DNA of 64,000 bases, from the NCBI GenBank assembly GCA_910587105.1, contig CAJUMB010000004.1, positions 3,918-67,917 of the forward strand, read 5' to 3'. A model generated the notes under the pieces. It did no database searches and was not told where the DNA came from. It saw nothing but the letters and a program-made list of their open reading frames with translations. Positions 1 through 9,926 of this stretch are shown here, piece by piece; the first letter of the stretch is position 1; every line of letters begins with the position of its first letter. A program made the position numbers and the translations under genes. This stretch comes from an uncultured Lachnospiraceae bacterium (GTDB lineage Bacteria > Bacillota > Clostridia > Lachnospirales > Lachnospiraceae).

Positions 1-21
1 CCTTTCATCTGTATATAAGAT

Positions 22-115
22 AGAGCAGTTGTATACCCGCAAGCCAAATGATTTGCCAGCAGGCCTCTACTGTTTCAAGCAAAACAGCAAATCATTTGGC
101 AAATACGTATGCTCT
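22..115. repeat. REP-like multi-stem palindrome
   Basis: Perfect 14-bp inverted repeat gccaaatgatttgc (43-56) / gcaaatcatttggc (87-100); inner ctgttt/aaacag stem; outer agagca/tgctct stem. Confidence 0.7.
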
Positions 116-158
116 TGAGTATAAAATGTTCAAAAAATATACAGGAGGAGGATGAACA

Positions 159-740
159 ATGAAAAAAATTACAGTTGTACTGGCATTGCTTGCATTCGCT
201 GCAGCATGCGTGGGGATTGGAGTGAAAGTCAGCCGCTCTGGCGGTTCCAAGGACAAAACAAACGTAACCATTCTGCAGACAGACTATCCCGAATACGATA
301 CAGCTTCTGAGCTGGCAGAGGCTGCTGATCTAATATTTCAGGGCACAGTAAGTAATGTTAAATACCAGATGCTTGATGTAAGAACAGAAAAAGAAAAAGA
401 TCAGGATGCCGGTCTTTCAGAAACGGAAGCAATCCCTTACACACTGTATACCATTGATGTAGAAAAGGTATACAAGGGGCCGCTTAAAGAACCCACAATC
501 ACAATAAAACGGCCAGGTGGAAAATTTGAAAATAATGAATATATAACCGAAAATGCACCTGAAATATTAACAGGCAGAGATTATTTATTCATCGCAGAGT
601 CGTACGAGAATTCTTACCCAAGTTTACTGAATCCAACACAGAGCGCCTATGATATGGGCGCATCCCAGGATGCTGAGAAAAAGAAAAAAACGGACATTAC
701 AGCAGCGGATATTCTAGCGTTATTCGGATCCTTTGAATAA
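159..740 (+). CDS. Hypothetical exported protein / possible lipoprotein
   Basis: AGGAGG RBS; MKK followed by hydrophobic signal ending AAAC. Confidence 0.75.
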   Translation: MKKITVVLALLAFAAACVGIGVKVSRSGGSKDKTNVTILQTDYPEYDTASELAEAADLIFQGTVSNVKYQMLDVRTEKEKDQDAGLSETEAIPYTLYTIDVEKVYKGPLKEPTITIKRPGGKFENNEYITENAPEILTGRDYLFIAESYENSYPSLLNPTQSAYDMGASQDAEKKKKTDITAADILALFGSFE

Positions 741-846
741 GGCCTTTTCATGAGAGAATAAACTGTTTTGGATGAGGGATTGCCCAGGTCTGCAAAACGT
801 GGTAGAATAAAAACACTATTTAGGAGCAGCAGGAAGGAGAACGCAC

Positions 847-1389
847 ATGGCATTGCAGCAGGAAAGAACATACACTGTGAAAGATATCTACGGCCTTCCA
901 GACGGTGAAAGGGCAGAATTGATTGACGGGCGGATCTATATGATGGCGCCGCCCAGCCGTATGCATCAGAGAATTTCCCACGTTTTAGAATGGACAATTG
1001 AAAACTATATCCGGGATAAAGGGGGTGCCTGTGAAGTTTACAGCGCACCATTTGCAGTTTTTCTATCTGGGGATGATGCCAATTATGTGGAGCCGGATAT
1101 CTCTGTAATCTGCGATAGAGATAAACTGGATGATAAGGGGTGTAATGGGGCGCCTGACTGGATCATAGAGATTATATCCCCATCCACCCAGCAGATGGAT
1201 TATGGCATCAAGCTTTTTAAATACCGCACTGCCGGGGTCAGGGAGTATTGGACTGTGAATCCTATGACGCAGATCGTAAATGTCTATGATTTTGAAAAAG
1301 GGGAAAATACCGGCCAGTATAGGTTTGATGACAGCATTCCTGTGAGTATCTATGGGGACTTGCATATTAAGATTACGGATTTGGTGTAA
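847..1389 (+). CDS. Uma2 family putative endonuclease
   Basis: ELIDG..MAPP...HQ, EPDISVIC, GAPDWIIEIISPS, Y..AGVREYW motifs; AAGGAG RBS. Confidence 0.9.
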   Translation: MALQQERTYTVKDIYGLPDGERAELIDGRIYMMAPPSRMHQRISHVLEWTIENYIRDKGGACEVYSAPFAVFLSGDDANYVEPDISVICDRDKLDDKGCNGAPDWIIEIISPSTQQMDYGIKLFKYRTAGVREYWTVNPMTQIVNVYDFEKGENTGQYRFDDSIPVSIYGDLHIKITDLV

Positions 1390-1408
1390 GGGGGGATTTA
1401 TTTTCCCC

Positions 1409-3001
1409 TTACACCACAGCTTCAACAATCAATTTATCGCCAAGAACGATCTCTTTCACCCCAATTTCCTTCTTCTTATTAAAATTAAAACTGAGCATAT
1501 ATCCTTTTTTCAAATGGAAATACTCAAGGTAATTGTAAAGCTGTTTCTCTCCACGCAGATTATATGCGTCGCCCCGCCATACTTTCAGTTCAATAACAAA
1601 TTGTTCACCAAGATAATCAATAACCAAATCCATGCGTTCCCGGTTACGTGTCTCCGCCTCCACATAGCTATTCCCTGCACCATTGATGATTGGCTTCAAA
1701 AACAACATAAAATAACGTCTTCCCACATCTTCTAAAAACGCTTCGTTTTTGTCCCCGTAAAGCTCATCAAAACTTTCCACAAACTTTTCCAATATGCGTC
1801 GTACATTCAGGTGCCCTCCAGTGATAAAATGGTTTTTCTCCCTTGCGCCTATGTCATAAATCTTATTGCTTACATACTCTTCTGACATAAACCAGTTATA
1901 AAGTACAGTCTCGAAAATCCTGTTAAAAATAACGGTCATTCCATTGAAATTTTTTATAAATCCGAACATGGCAGCAGCTTCCATATAATCATTCATAGCC
2001 GTATAGGGCACTGGCTTACCGGTAAAGAGGATGTGGTACAATACGCTTCTCAATTCCGGATAATCCTCCAGTTTGCCTTTCAACGATTGGTATAGAGGAT
2101 TGGTTTCTTCGAGGAGTATCTTTAAAGCGGATAAAAATCCGGGTTTTGTCCACACAGTCTGCTTGTCCGGGAATCCTTCCTTACCGGCAATACGTTCATC
2201 CATAAACTTGCACAACCGGGATACCAGATACGGATATCCGGATGTGTAATCATAGAGCAGATTCGATATCTCATCAATATCCATGCCGGTTTTATAATCA
2301 GTTTCATATGTTTTCAGCATCCCGGCAATATCGTCTGGAGAAAAAGCCATATCGACTAGAAAGTCAGCGGCGATATTCCATGGGCTGTTTGTCCTGTGCT
2401 TTCCATCAGACCGTATCTTTCTCCTGATATTCCGGATATCATATAAACCTGCCAGGATTACACAATGAAATGTGGGAGTCACATCACTGTCAAGATAATA
2501 GGCTCTAAGCTGCGCTAGGAAATCCAGGAAAACCTGGTTATTGGCCGCAGAATCCACCTCATCAATCATCAATACAACCGGCTTTTGTGACCGTTCGCAC
2601 CACTCGCTGAAACACAAAAAAATATCTGACATTTTATAAGAGATGCTCTTTGTATCAGCGAACAGCTCCAGTTTTTCCATGGTCTGATCAGGAATGTCCC
2701 CTTTAATATTCCGAACGGCCCTTGTTATCTCCCGGGCCAGGCCTCCTACAAATGCCGGTTCGTCAATAAAGTCCAAAGCACTCATCTTTTGAAAATCCAG
2801 GCTTACGATTACGTAATCTTTCTTTAGATAGTCAGCAAGAGCCCTCAGGATAGTGGTTTTTCCGAATTGTCTTGCCCTGTTAATGGTAAAATACTCTCCG
2901 GCATCTACCATATCCCTGATTTCTTCCAGTCTGGCCGCCAGATCAATCATATAATGTTTTGCAGGTCTGCATGCGCCATTTACGTTAAATGTTTTAACCA
3001 T
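1409..3001 (-). CDS. AAA-like ATPase with C-terminal PD-(D/E)XK nuclease-like domain
   Basis: Walker A RARQFGKTT, Walker B VLMIDEVD, C-terminal RMDLVI...VIELK. Confidence 0.85.
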   Translation of the reverse strand: MVKTFNVNGACRPAKHYMIDLAARLEEIRDMVDAGEYFTINRARQFGKTTILRALADYLKKDYVIVSLDFQKMSALDFIDEPAFVGGLAREITRAVRNIKGDIPDQTMEKLELFADTKSISYKMSDIFLCFSEWCERSQKPVVLMIDEVDSAANNQVFLDFLAQLRAYYLDSDVTPTFHCVILAGLYDIRNIRRKIRSDGKHRTNSPWNIAADFLVDMAFSPDDIAGMLKTYETDYKTGMDIDEISNLLYDYTSGYPYLVSRLCKFMDERIAGKEGFPDKQTVWTKPGFLSALKILLEETNPLYQSLKGKLEDYPELRSVLYHILFTGKPVPYTAMNDYMEAAAMFGFIKNFNGMTVIFNRIFETVLYNWFMSEEYVSNKIYDIGAREKNHFITGGHLNVRRILEKFVESFDELYGDKNEAFLEDVGRRYFMLFLKPIINGAGNSYVEAETRNRERMDLVIDYLGEQFVIELKVWRGDAYNLRGEKQLYNYLEYFHLKKGYMLSFNFNKKKEIGVKEIVLGDKLIVEAVV

Positions 3002-3027
3002 TTACTGATTTTTCTCCTTTCAGGAGT

Positions 3028-4128
3028 CTAATTTCTCAATTTCTCAGAAAAAGCTGCCATCAAAGCATCGTTCTGCTCTGGCATCATAGTGCAGAATCTC
3101 ACATACCGGGAATCCAGAAACGGGAAGGTGGAACAGTCGCGGATCATCAGTCCTTTTTTGATACAGTGCTCAAACAGCATTTGCGCATCCACATGGTCTT
3201 TTTGGATGCGCATCAGCATAAAATTCCCCTGGGGTTCATAGACTTTCACAGTATCCCACCCGGACAGAAGCTGGAAGATTCTTTCCCGCTCGGTGTGGAT
3301 GAGGTTTTTCGTTTTCTGAATATACTCCTGGTCCTGAAACATGATCTGTCCGGCGATTTCTGCCAGGCTGTTGATGGTCCAGGGGTCTTTGCGCACGTTG
3401 ATCTCGGAAGTCAGGTCGGAATTTCCGGTGATAGCATACCCCAGCCGCAGTCCGGGAGCTGCGAAAAATTTGGAAGTTCCCCGGAGGATAATCAGATTGC
3501 TGTAATAATTGGTGAGCTTTACAGAGGTGATGTGCTGTTCGTCCGGGGCGAATTCCACATAGGTCTCATCCACCATTACAAAGATGCCATATTGCAGGCA
3601 GGCGTCCAGTATCCGGCGCATCTGGCGGTGGGTGATCGCCGTGGAGGTGGGGTTGTTGGGGTTGCAGATCACCAGCAGATCCATACTGTCATTCAATTCC
3701 CGGCACAGTTCATCGATATCAGGCTGAAAATCCTGGTCTTCTTTCAAAGGGTAATACTTGCAGCTGCCCCCTCCCAGGTTGATGTCACGTTCATATTCCG
3801 AATAGGTGGGCCCTACAATCAGGGCTTTTTTCGGATGATTTACCTGAATGAAAAGGGAGATTAATTCCGTGGAACCGTTTCCCACGATGATATTTTCCAG
3901 CTGAGCGCCTGTGTAGGCGGAAATACACTGGCGCAGCTTGGTATATTCCCGGTCCGGATAACGGGTGATGGCGTCCAGCTGATCCCCGAGGGCTGTGCGC
4001 AGGCGGGTGGAAATCCCCAGAGGATTTACGTTGGCGCTGAAGCTGATGATGGTTTCTTTCTTTATTCCAAAACATTTTTCAATTTCTTCCAGGTCACTGC
4101 CGTGGAAGTGGTCTTTGTGTTTGATCAT
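3028..4128 (-). CDS. cobD: PLP-dependent class I/II aminotransferase (threonine-phosphate decarboxylase CobD / HisC-like)
   Basis: HGSD..FSANVNPLG, CNPNNPT, VDETY, SKFFAAPGLRLGY; start moved to the ATG at 4128 behind GAAAGGA. Confidence 0.7.
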   Translation of the reverse strand: MIKHKDHFHGSDLEEIEKCFGIKKETIISFSANVNPLGISTRLRTALGDQLDAITRYPDREYTKLRQCISAYTGAQLENIIVGNGSTELISLFIQVNHPKKALIVGPTYSEYERDINLGGGSCKYYPLKEDQDFQPDIDELCRELNDSMDLLVICNPNNPTSTAITHRQMRRILDACLQYGIFVMVDETYVEFAPDEQHITSVKLTNYYSNLIILRGTSKFFAAPGLRLGYAITGNSDLTSEINVRKDPWTINSLAEIAGQIMFQDQEYIQKTKNLIHTERERIFQLLSGWDTVKVYEPQGNFMLMRIQKDHVDAQMLFEHCIKKGLMIRDCSTFPFLDSRYVRFCTMMPEQNDALMAAFSEKLRN

Positions 4129-4185
4129 GGCTGTTCTTCTTCCTTTCCAGCATACTGTCCGCAAGAAGCAAGTATAATTAAAACA

Positions 4186-4246
4186 TTGCGAACCGAATCT
4201 TTGTGGTGTATAATCCATTATAGTAAGGCAGAAGATAAAAAGTCAA
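4186..4246. promoter_or_regulatory. Overlapping divergent sigma-A-type promoters
   Basis: Plus strand TTGCGA(4186)-17 bp-TATAAT(4209); minus strand TTGACT(4246)-18 bp-TATAAT(4222). Confidence 0.55.
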
Positions 4247-4249
4247 GAG

Positions 4250-4310
4250 TAAGGAACTGTATATCAATAACCGGCGCGCCTGTCACAGGTTATTTACATA
4301 CAGTTCCTAA
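4250..4310. repeat. Palindromic element, family A (TAAGGAACTGTAT...ATACAGTTCCTAA)
   Basis: 21-bp inverted repeat with 2 mismatches (4252-4272 / 4288-4308); the same arms recur at 61625-61810. Confidence 0.8.
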
Positions 4311-4322
4311 TAGGAGACACTT

Positions 4323-7300
4323 GTGAAAATACGTATTGAGCAATTACTGAATGACAAATTTGAATACGATGTTCCAAAGCTGATGTTTTCTGAGGAAGAA
4401 ATACGCGTTACGGTGCCTCAAGGCTCCAGAGGACAGGGAACTTTCTACGTGGGGACGCAGGAAGACGTGAAAATCCGGGGGTTTGCAGTATCTTCCCATC
4501 GTCGGTTTGTACCGGGGGTTGAACGCTTTTTGGGAACTGCCATACAGATACCTTACGGAATTGATGCCAGCGGGATGCAGGGGGGAGACCACTGCCAGGG
4601 GGAGATGATTCTTCTGACCAATCTGGGAGAAGCCCATATTCCCTTTTTTATCCAGGTGGAGGAGGATAACCCTCAGTCTTCCATTGGGCTCATCCGGGGC
4701 AGAGAAGATTTTGTGAGGCTGGCCCGGACAAATTTTCCAGAGGCTTTCCGGCTGTTTACAGATTCCTCTTTTGAGGAACTTCTGGAGATGGAAGAAGAAA
4801 GGGTGTGTACTCTTTACGCCGGAATGTCCCACCAGCCCATTACCTATCAGCACCTGGAAGAATTTCTCATCGGACTGGGAGAGAAAGAGCCGGTTCATAT
4901 CTCTTTTGAACAGAGCCAGGCTGAGTATTATCAGGTGACGGAGACGGTGCAGGAATATTTTGTGATCAAAAAGAGCGGCTGGGGGCATCTGCGCCTGGAG
5001 GCGGAAGTGATTGGAGATTTTATCCAGGTGGATAAGCGGGTGGTCACAGATGAAGACTTTATCGGCAGTTCCTATCGAATGGAATACAGGATTGAAGCAA
5101 AGAGTCTGGGCCAGGGGAAAAAGTTCGGAAAAATCCGGATGAAAGCGGCCCATGAAAGCCTGGATTTTCATATCACTGCGTCTTTAGGATCTGATATTCA
5201 GGTGAATTTGGAAATTTATGAGAAAAAGCAGAAGTTAAAGCTGTATAAAACGTATCTTGAGTTCAGGCTTCACCGGCTGGACTATAAAGTCTGGGTGAAA
5301 GAAAGCCTGGAGATTCTGGAACAGATGGCTGAGGCAGGGTGTGATTATCCCATATATCAGGTCTACGAAGCCTACGTGTATTACATGGATGACCAGGTGG
5401 AACAGGCCAGAGAGATTCTCCTGAAATATCAGGATAAGAACTTTACTGAAGATGACCTGGAACTGGCGGGGATTTACCTCTACGTCTGCCATCTGGCGGG
5501 ATTGCTGAAGGACCGGGGGAAGGTGGCTCACAAGCTGAGGATTTTATACAGGCAGAAGCCCAACAGTTTTCTGCTTTTGTGGGTTTTGATCCAGCTGGAC
5601 GATGAACTGCTTTTGTCCACGTCTAAGACTCTGTACCATATGGAGGAACAGTTTCATTATGGCAGCCGAAGCCCTCTTTTGTATCTGGAGGCATTCCAGA
5701 TGGTGGAGAAGGATATCAGCCTGCTTCCCCATTTGAACAGTTTCTGGATTCAGGTTCTGTTATCTGCGGCCCGCAATGAGATGGTGAGAGAGGAAATTGC
5801 AGTCAGGATTGCTTATCTCAGCGATTACAAGAAAAACTTTGAGCCCTGCCTGTATCAGCTTCTTGCCTGTCTGTACCAGCAGTTTCCAGGGCAGGATATT
5901 CTGGAAGCTGTCTGCAAGCTGATTCTGAAAGGAAATCCCAGGGAGAAAAGGTTTTTTCCATGGTTTTCCAAGGCTGTGGAAGAAAATCTGCGGATTACCG
6001 GATTGTTTGAATATTATATGGATACCATGGATATGGACAACCAGCGGATGCTGCCCAAGAACCTGTGTATCTACTTTTTATATAACAGCACCATCAGTGA
6101 CCAGAAAAAGGCGCTTTTGTACGCCAATATTGTCCGCCACAGGGAGGAAGACCCTCAGTCTTATGCCAGTTACAGGAAGATTATCAAAGAATTCAGCAGG
6201 CGGATGCTGAAAAGCTCGGCTATGGATGAAAACTATGCGGTATTGTATCATGACTGTATGGAAGAACTGGAGATTGAGGAGCTGCAGAAAATTGTGTTTA
6301 CCCACCGATTGTACTGTGACCGGCCGGATATCCGGTATGTGGCTATCCGCCACGGCCCTCTGCTGGAAGAAGCCGTGTACCCCTGCGTCAATGGGCTGGC
6401 CTATCCCCAGATTTACAGCGAGGATGCGGTGATTCTGTTTCAGGATAACAGGAAGTGCAGATATGAGGCCACAGTGGATTATAATCTGCGGGCGCTTTTT
6501 GACAAAGAGATGTTGGAATACTGCAGCGGGGAACATGCACAGCACCCTGGGTTTCTGCTGAACCAGTGCAGCCAGGGAGGAATCCAGGAGGAGAATGAAG
6601 AAGTATTTTTGAGGATTGCTGAGTCCGATGCATTTACCCCGGCATATCGGAAAAAAATCAGGAAGGTTCTGCTGGATTATCACAGGGAGTCTGGGGATGA
6701 GAAGGCGGAAAAGTATCTGGCTTCTCTGGATATAGAAAAATATGTGGAAGTGGATAAGGTGCAGCTGGCCGAGATGTTTATTTCCCATGGCCTGTATGAG
6801 AAGGCTTATGAGATTTACTGTGAATACGGGCTGGAAGGGGTGCGCCTGGAGGCGTTGGTGAAGCTGTGCAGCAGATTGATTCTGAGCCGTGAATTTGAAG
6901 AAGACGAGGACCTTACTGCTCTGGCAGTGTATGTTTTCCAGAATAAAAAGTACGATGAGGTGGTTCTTCAGTATCTGATGCAGTATTATATCGGGCCGAT
7001 ATCCAGTCTGTATCAGCTGTGGGGTGCAGCCAGGGATTTCCAGATGGATACGTATCAGCTGGAGGAAGACCTGCTGGCGGCCAGTGTTTTTGTCAGGGAT
7101 TATTTCTGGGAGGGCAGCCAGGTGCTGGAGTACTATGTGCGGCATAAGGGAAAAGAGCAGATTATTATCCGGTATCTCACCTTCTGGTCCTATGGTTATT
7201 TTGTATGGAAAAAGCCTATGCCGGAGTATGTGGCCCAGTATCTGGAGCTGGTGTACGACTGGGGCTGGCCTCTGGAGCTGGTATGCCGTCTGGCGCTGTT

Positions 7301-7856
7301 TGCCTATCTGTGCGAAAAGAGAAAGCTGAGTGATTCCCAGTCCCGGCAGCTTCAGGAACTGCTGGAGGAATGTTATCACAGGAATCTCACCTTTGCCTTT
7401 TTCCGGAAGCTGCCCAGAGAGCTTCTGGGAGTGTACCAGCTGGACGATAAAGTTTTTGTGGAATGTATCGTAAGCCCCAGGGCGAAAGTTACCATCCATT
7501 ATGCCCTGGATACAGGAATGGGGGATGGGAGGGAATATCGTCAGGAGCCTCTGCCCAATCTGTTTGAGGGAATCCACGGGAGAGCGTTTACTCTTTTTTA
7601 TGGGGAGGCTATCCACTATTATTTTTCCATAGAACTGGATGGCAAAGAGAAGAAGACCAGTGAAAAGACTCTGACAAAATCCATGTCCCATCAGGCAAGG
7701 GAGACGAAATACCAGATGCTCAATGAGATACTGGCGGCAAAGAAACTGGGTAAAATGGACGCTCTGAAAGAGAAAATGACCCAGTATCTGGAACAGGAAA
7801 AATTTGTGGAGAATATGTTCCCCATTGTAGAAGGAACGGTTTATGAACGAAATTAG
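4323..7856 (+). CDS. Large uncharacterised protein (DUF5717-like): beta-rich N-terminus and long helical region
   Basis: 1177-aa ORF, GTG start, AGGAG RBS, overlaps the next gene. Confidence 0.8.
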   Translation: MKIRIEQLLNDKFEYDVPKLMFSEEEIRVTVPQGSRGQGTFYVGTQEDVKIRGFAVSSHRRFVPGVERFLGTAIQIPYGIDASGMQGGDHCQGEMILLTNLGEAHIPFFIQVEEDNPQSSIGLIRGREDFVRLARTNFPEAFRLFTDSSFEELLEMEEERVCTLYAGMSHQPITYQHLEEFLIGLGEKEPVHISFEQSQAEYYQVTETVQEYFVIKKSGWGHLRLEAEVIGDFIQVDKRVVTDEDFIGSSYRMEYRIEAKSLGQGKKFGKIRMKAAHESLDFHITASLGSDIQVNLEIYEKKQKLKLYKTYLEFRLHRLDYKVWVKESLEILEQMAEAGCDYPIYQVYEAYVYYMDDQVEQAREILLKYQDKNFTEDDLELAGIYLYVCHLAGLLKDRGKVAHKLRILYRQKPNSFLLLWVLIQLDDELLLSTSKTLYHMEEQFHYGSRSPLLYLEAFQMVEKDISLLPHLNSFWIQVLLSAARNEMVREEIAVRIAYLSDYKKNFEPCLYQLLACLYQQFPGQDILEAVCKLILKGNPREKRFFPWFSKAVEENLRITGLFEYYMDTMDMDNQRMLPKNLCIYFLYNSTISDQKKALLYANIVRHREEDPQSYASYRKIIKEFSRRMLKSSAMDENYAVLYHDCMEELEIEELQKIVFTHRLYCDRPDIRYVAIRHGPLLEEAVYPCVNGLAYPQIYSEDAVILFQDNRKCRYEATVDYNLRALFDKEMLEYCSGEHAQHPGFLLNQCSQGGIQEENEEVFLRIAESDAFTPAYRKKIRKVLLDYHRESGDEKAEKYLASLDIEKYVEVDKVQLAEMFISHGLYEKAYEIYCEYGLEGVRLEALVKLCSRLILSREFEEDEDLTALAVYVFQNKKYDEVVLQYLMQYYIGPISSLYQLWGAARDFQMDTYQLEEDLLAASVFVRDYFWEGSQVLEYYVRHKGKEQIIIRYLTFWSYGYFVWKKPMPEYVAQYLELVYDWGWPLELVCRLALFAYLCEKRKLSDSQSRQLQELLEECYHRNLTFAFFRKLPRELLGVYQLDDKVFVECIVSPRAKVTIHYALDTGMGDGREYRQEPLPNLFEGIHGRAFTLFYGEAIHYYFSIELDGKEKKTSEKTLTKSMSHQARETKYQMLNEILAAKKLGKMDALKEKMTQYLEQEKFVENMFPIVEGTVYERN

Positions 7857-9090
7857 AGATATTCTGATAGGTATTGATTTTGGGAAAAGTCTGTCGCAGC
7901 TGTGCTATTATGACCGGAAGGCAAAAGAGCCGGCATCGCTGCCTGTAAAGCTGGATACCAGCCAATATGAATTTCCCACCTGCGTCTGCAGGGCCGCAGG
8001 GAAAGAGGTCTGGTATTTCGGCATAGAAGCCGTCTATCATGCGAAGGAGCAGGGAGGGATTCTGGTGGAGGATCTCTATGATATCTGCAATGACACAAAA
8101 ACGGTACAGGTGGGCGGGGAAGAAATGAATCCCTGGGAGCTGATGGGGATTTTTCTCAATCAGATACTGAAAGCGCTGGGTGTAGTGGAGCCTGTGAAGC
8201 ATACCAAATGTCTGGTGATTACCGTACAGAGACTTACTGGGGTTATGGTAGAACACCTGAGGAAAGCCTGTGAGGAGGTGGGACTTGCCCGTGACAGGTA
8301 TATACTTCAGGATTATTCGGAAAGCTTTTACTATTATGCTATGTGTCAGAAGGCAGAATATTGGAGCCGGGGAGTGGGCTGGTATGCTTTTGACAAAGAC
8401 AAGGTCAGTTTCCGCAGACTTTCAATGACTGGCAATACCAAGCCTGTGCTGGTTACGCTGGAAAAGCCGGTCTCAAAGGAACTGACAGAGGATCCTCAGA
8501 TGCGGGACAAGGAATTCTCCAGATTTATCCAGGATACTCTGGGGAGGGGAATGTATTCCAGTATCCTCATCACAGGGAAAGGGTTCCACCAGGAATGGGC
8601 GTCCAATTCCATTACCGCTTTGTGCAGACATCAGAGAAAGGTTTTCTATGGCAATAACCTGTTTGCCAAAGGAGCCTGCTATACGGCGAAGGAGAAACTG
8701 GAAGACAGGGAGCTTCGGAGATATTTGTATCTGAGCGATGCCCTGGTGAAATATAATATCGGTATGGATATGATGATTATGGGGTCCCCCGCCTATTATT
8801 CCATTATTCAGGCGGGTAAGAACTGGTATGAGTGCCGGTCAGAGTTTGACCTGATTCTCGACGATACCAATCAGCTTACGTTTCATATCAGCCATATGCA
8901 GTCCAGTGAGAGACAAAAGGTTTCCATGTCTCTGCCCGGGCTTGTGCCCAGGCCCAACCGGACCACCCGTCTGCGGGTGTGTCTGGAATGCCAGACGGAG
9001 ACTACTTGTAAAATTACGGTAAAAGATATGGGATTTGGGGAAATGTACCCCTCGAGTAAGAAGATATGGACGGAGACCATTCAGGTCTAA
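7843..9090 (+). CDS. Divergent Hsp70/actin-fold protein (DUF5716-like)
   Basis: IGIDFG phosphate-1-like motif, ILITGKG, LFAKGA, C-terminal ITVKDMGFG. Confidence 0.75.
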   Translation: MNEIRDILIGIDFGKSLSQLCYYDRKAKEPASLPVKLDTSQYEFPTCVCRAAGKEVWYFGIEAVYHAKEQGGILVEDLYDICNDTKTVQVGGEEMNPWELMGIFLNQILKALGVVEPVKHTKCLVITVQRLTGVMVEHLRKACEEVGLARDRYILQDYSESFYYYAMCQKAEYWSRGVGWYAFDKDKVSFRRLSMTGNTKPVLVTLEKPVSKELTEDPQMRDKEFSRFIQDTLGRGMYSSILITGKGFHQEWASNSITALCRHQRKVFYGNNLFAKGACYTAKEKLEDRELRRYLYLSDALVKYNIGMDMMIMGSPAYYSIIQAGKNWYECRSEFDLILDDTNQLTFHISHMQSSERQKVSMSLPGLVPRPNRTTRLRVCLECQTETTCKITVKDMGFGEMYPSSKKIWTETIQV

Positions 9091-9100
9091 GGAGGTGTTC

Positions 9101-9886
9101 ATGAGCGGTTATATCTTATGCCGGGAGCCGATGGCAGCAGTTCCTTATTATATAGAAAATATCGGCATCAATATTTATTCTGTGGAAGAATTGTGTTATT
9201 ATCTGTATAAAAATCTTCATCTGGCAGACGACAGTCTGATGAACCAGGGATTGTGCACATGGCTTGGCCAGGAGCTGGGGATGAAAGAGCTGGCCGGGAA
9301 ACTGGCCCCCCTGACGGAATATACCCCGGTTCCCCTGGAGGAATTTGCCTGTGAGGTACTGCGCTCGGTGAATTATCTGACACAGGAAGAAATGCGCACC
9401 TACCGGAATAGAATTTCGGCCTTGGAGAAGCAGTCTGTGCCTGTGAGAGAAAAGCTGAAAGCAGACTGTCTGATGGAAAACAGAAAGTATGTTTACGCCA
9501 TCCGGGTTTACCGGAAGGTTCTGGAACTCACATCCGGCAGACAGAGCTCCCCCAGATTTGCGGGAAGTGTCTACCATAACCTGGGATGTGCCTACAGCCG
9601 GCTTTTTCAAAAGGAAGAGGCGCTGGAGTGTTTTGGGCAGGCATATGAGCGTCTGCACACCAGAGATTCTCTGAAACACTATCTGCTGGCGTACAGCAAT
9701 GCCAGGACACCCATCGAATACGAGAGCAGGCTGGCGGAGCTGAAAGTGGATGAGCAGACCAGGAGACAGATTCAGGATGAGATTTCACAGTTTTACAGCA
9801 GTACGGATATCTGTGTGCAGGAACACAGCATGGAGGAACTTCTGGAACGCATGACAAAGGAATACCACCGCAATACAGGCTCCTGA
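9101..9886 (+). CDS. TPR-containing hypothetical protein
   Basis: YHNLGCAYSRLFQKEEALECFGQAY TPR motif; AAGGAGGT RBS before ATG 9101. Confidence 0.8.
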   Translation: MSGYILCREPMAAVPYYIENIGINIYSVEELCYYLYKNLHLADDSLMNQGLCTWLGQELGMKELAGKLAPLTEYTPVPLEEFACEVLRSVNYLTQEEMRTYRNRISALEKQSVPVREKLKADCLMENRKYVYAIRVYRKVLELTSGRQSSPRFAGSVYHNLGCAYSRLFQKEEALECFGQAYERLHTRDSLKHYLLAYSNARTPIEYESRLAELKVDEQTRRQIQDEISQFYSSTDICVQEHSMEELLERMTKEYHRNTGS

Positions 9887-9926
9887 CAAAGGAGCCGGGC
9901 GCGGGTAGAATAGACAAGAAAGGATA

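Noticed and set aside
6078..7691. Long antisense ORFs (537 aa here; also 40777-42123, 43605-44669, 22947-23876)
   Set aside because: They are shadows of well-supported genes on the opposite strand and show no recognisable motifs.
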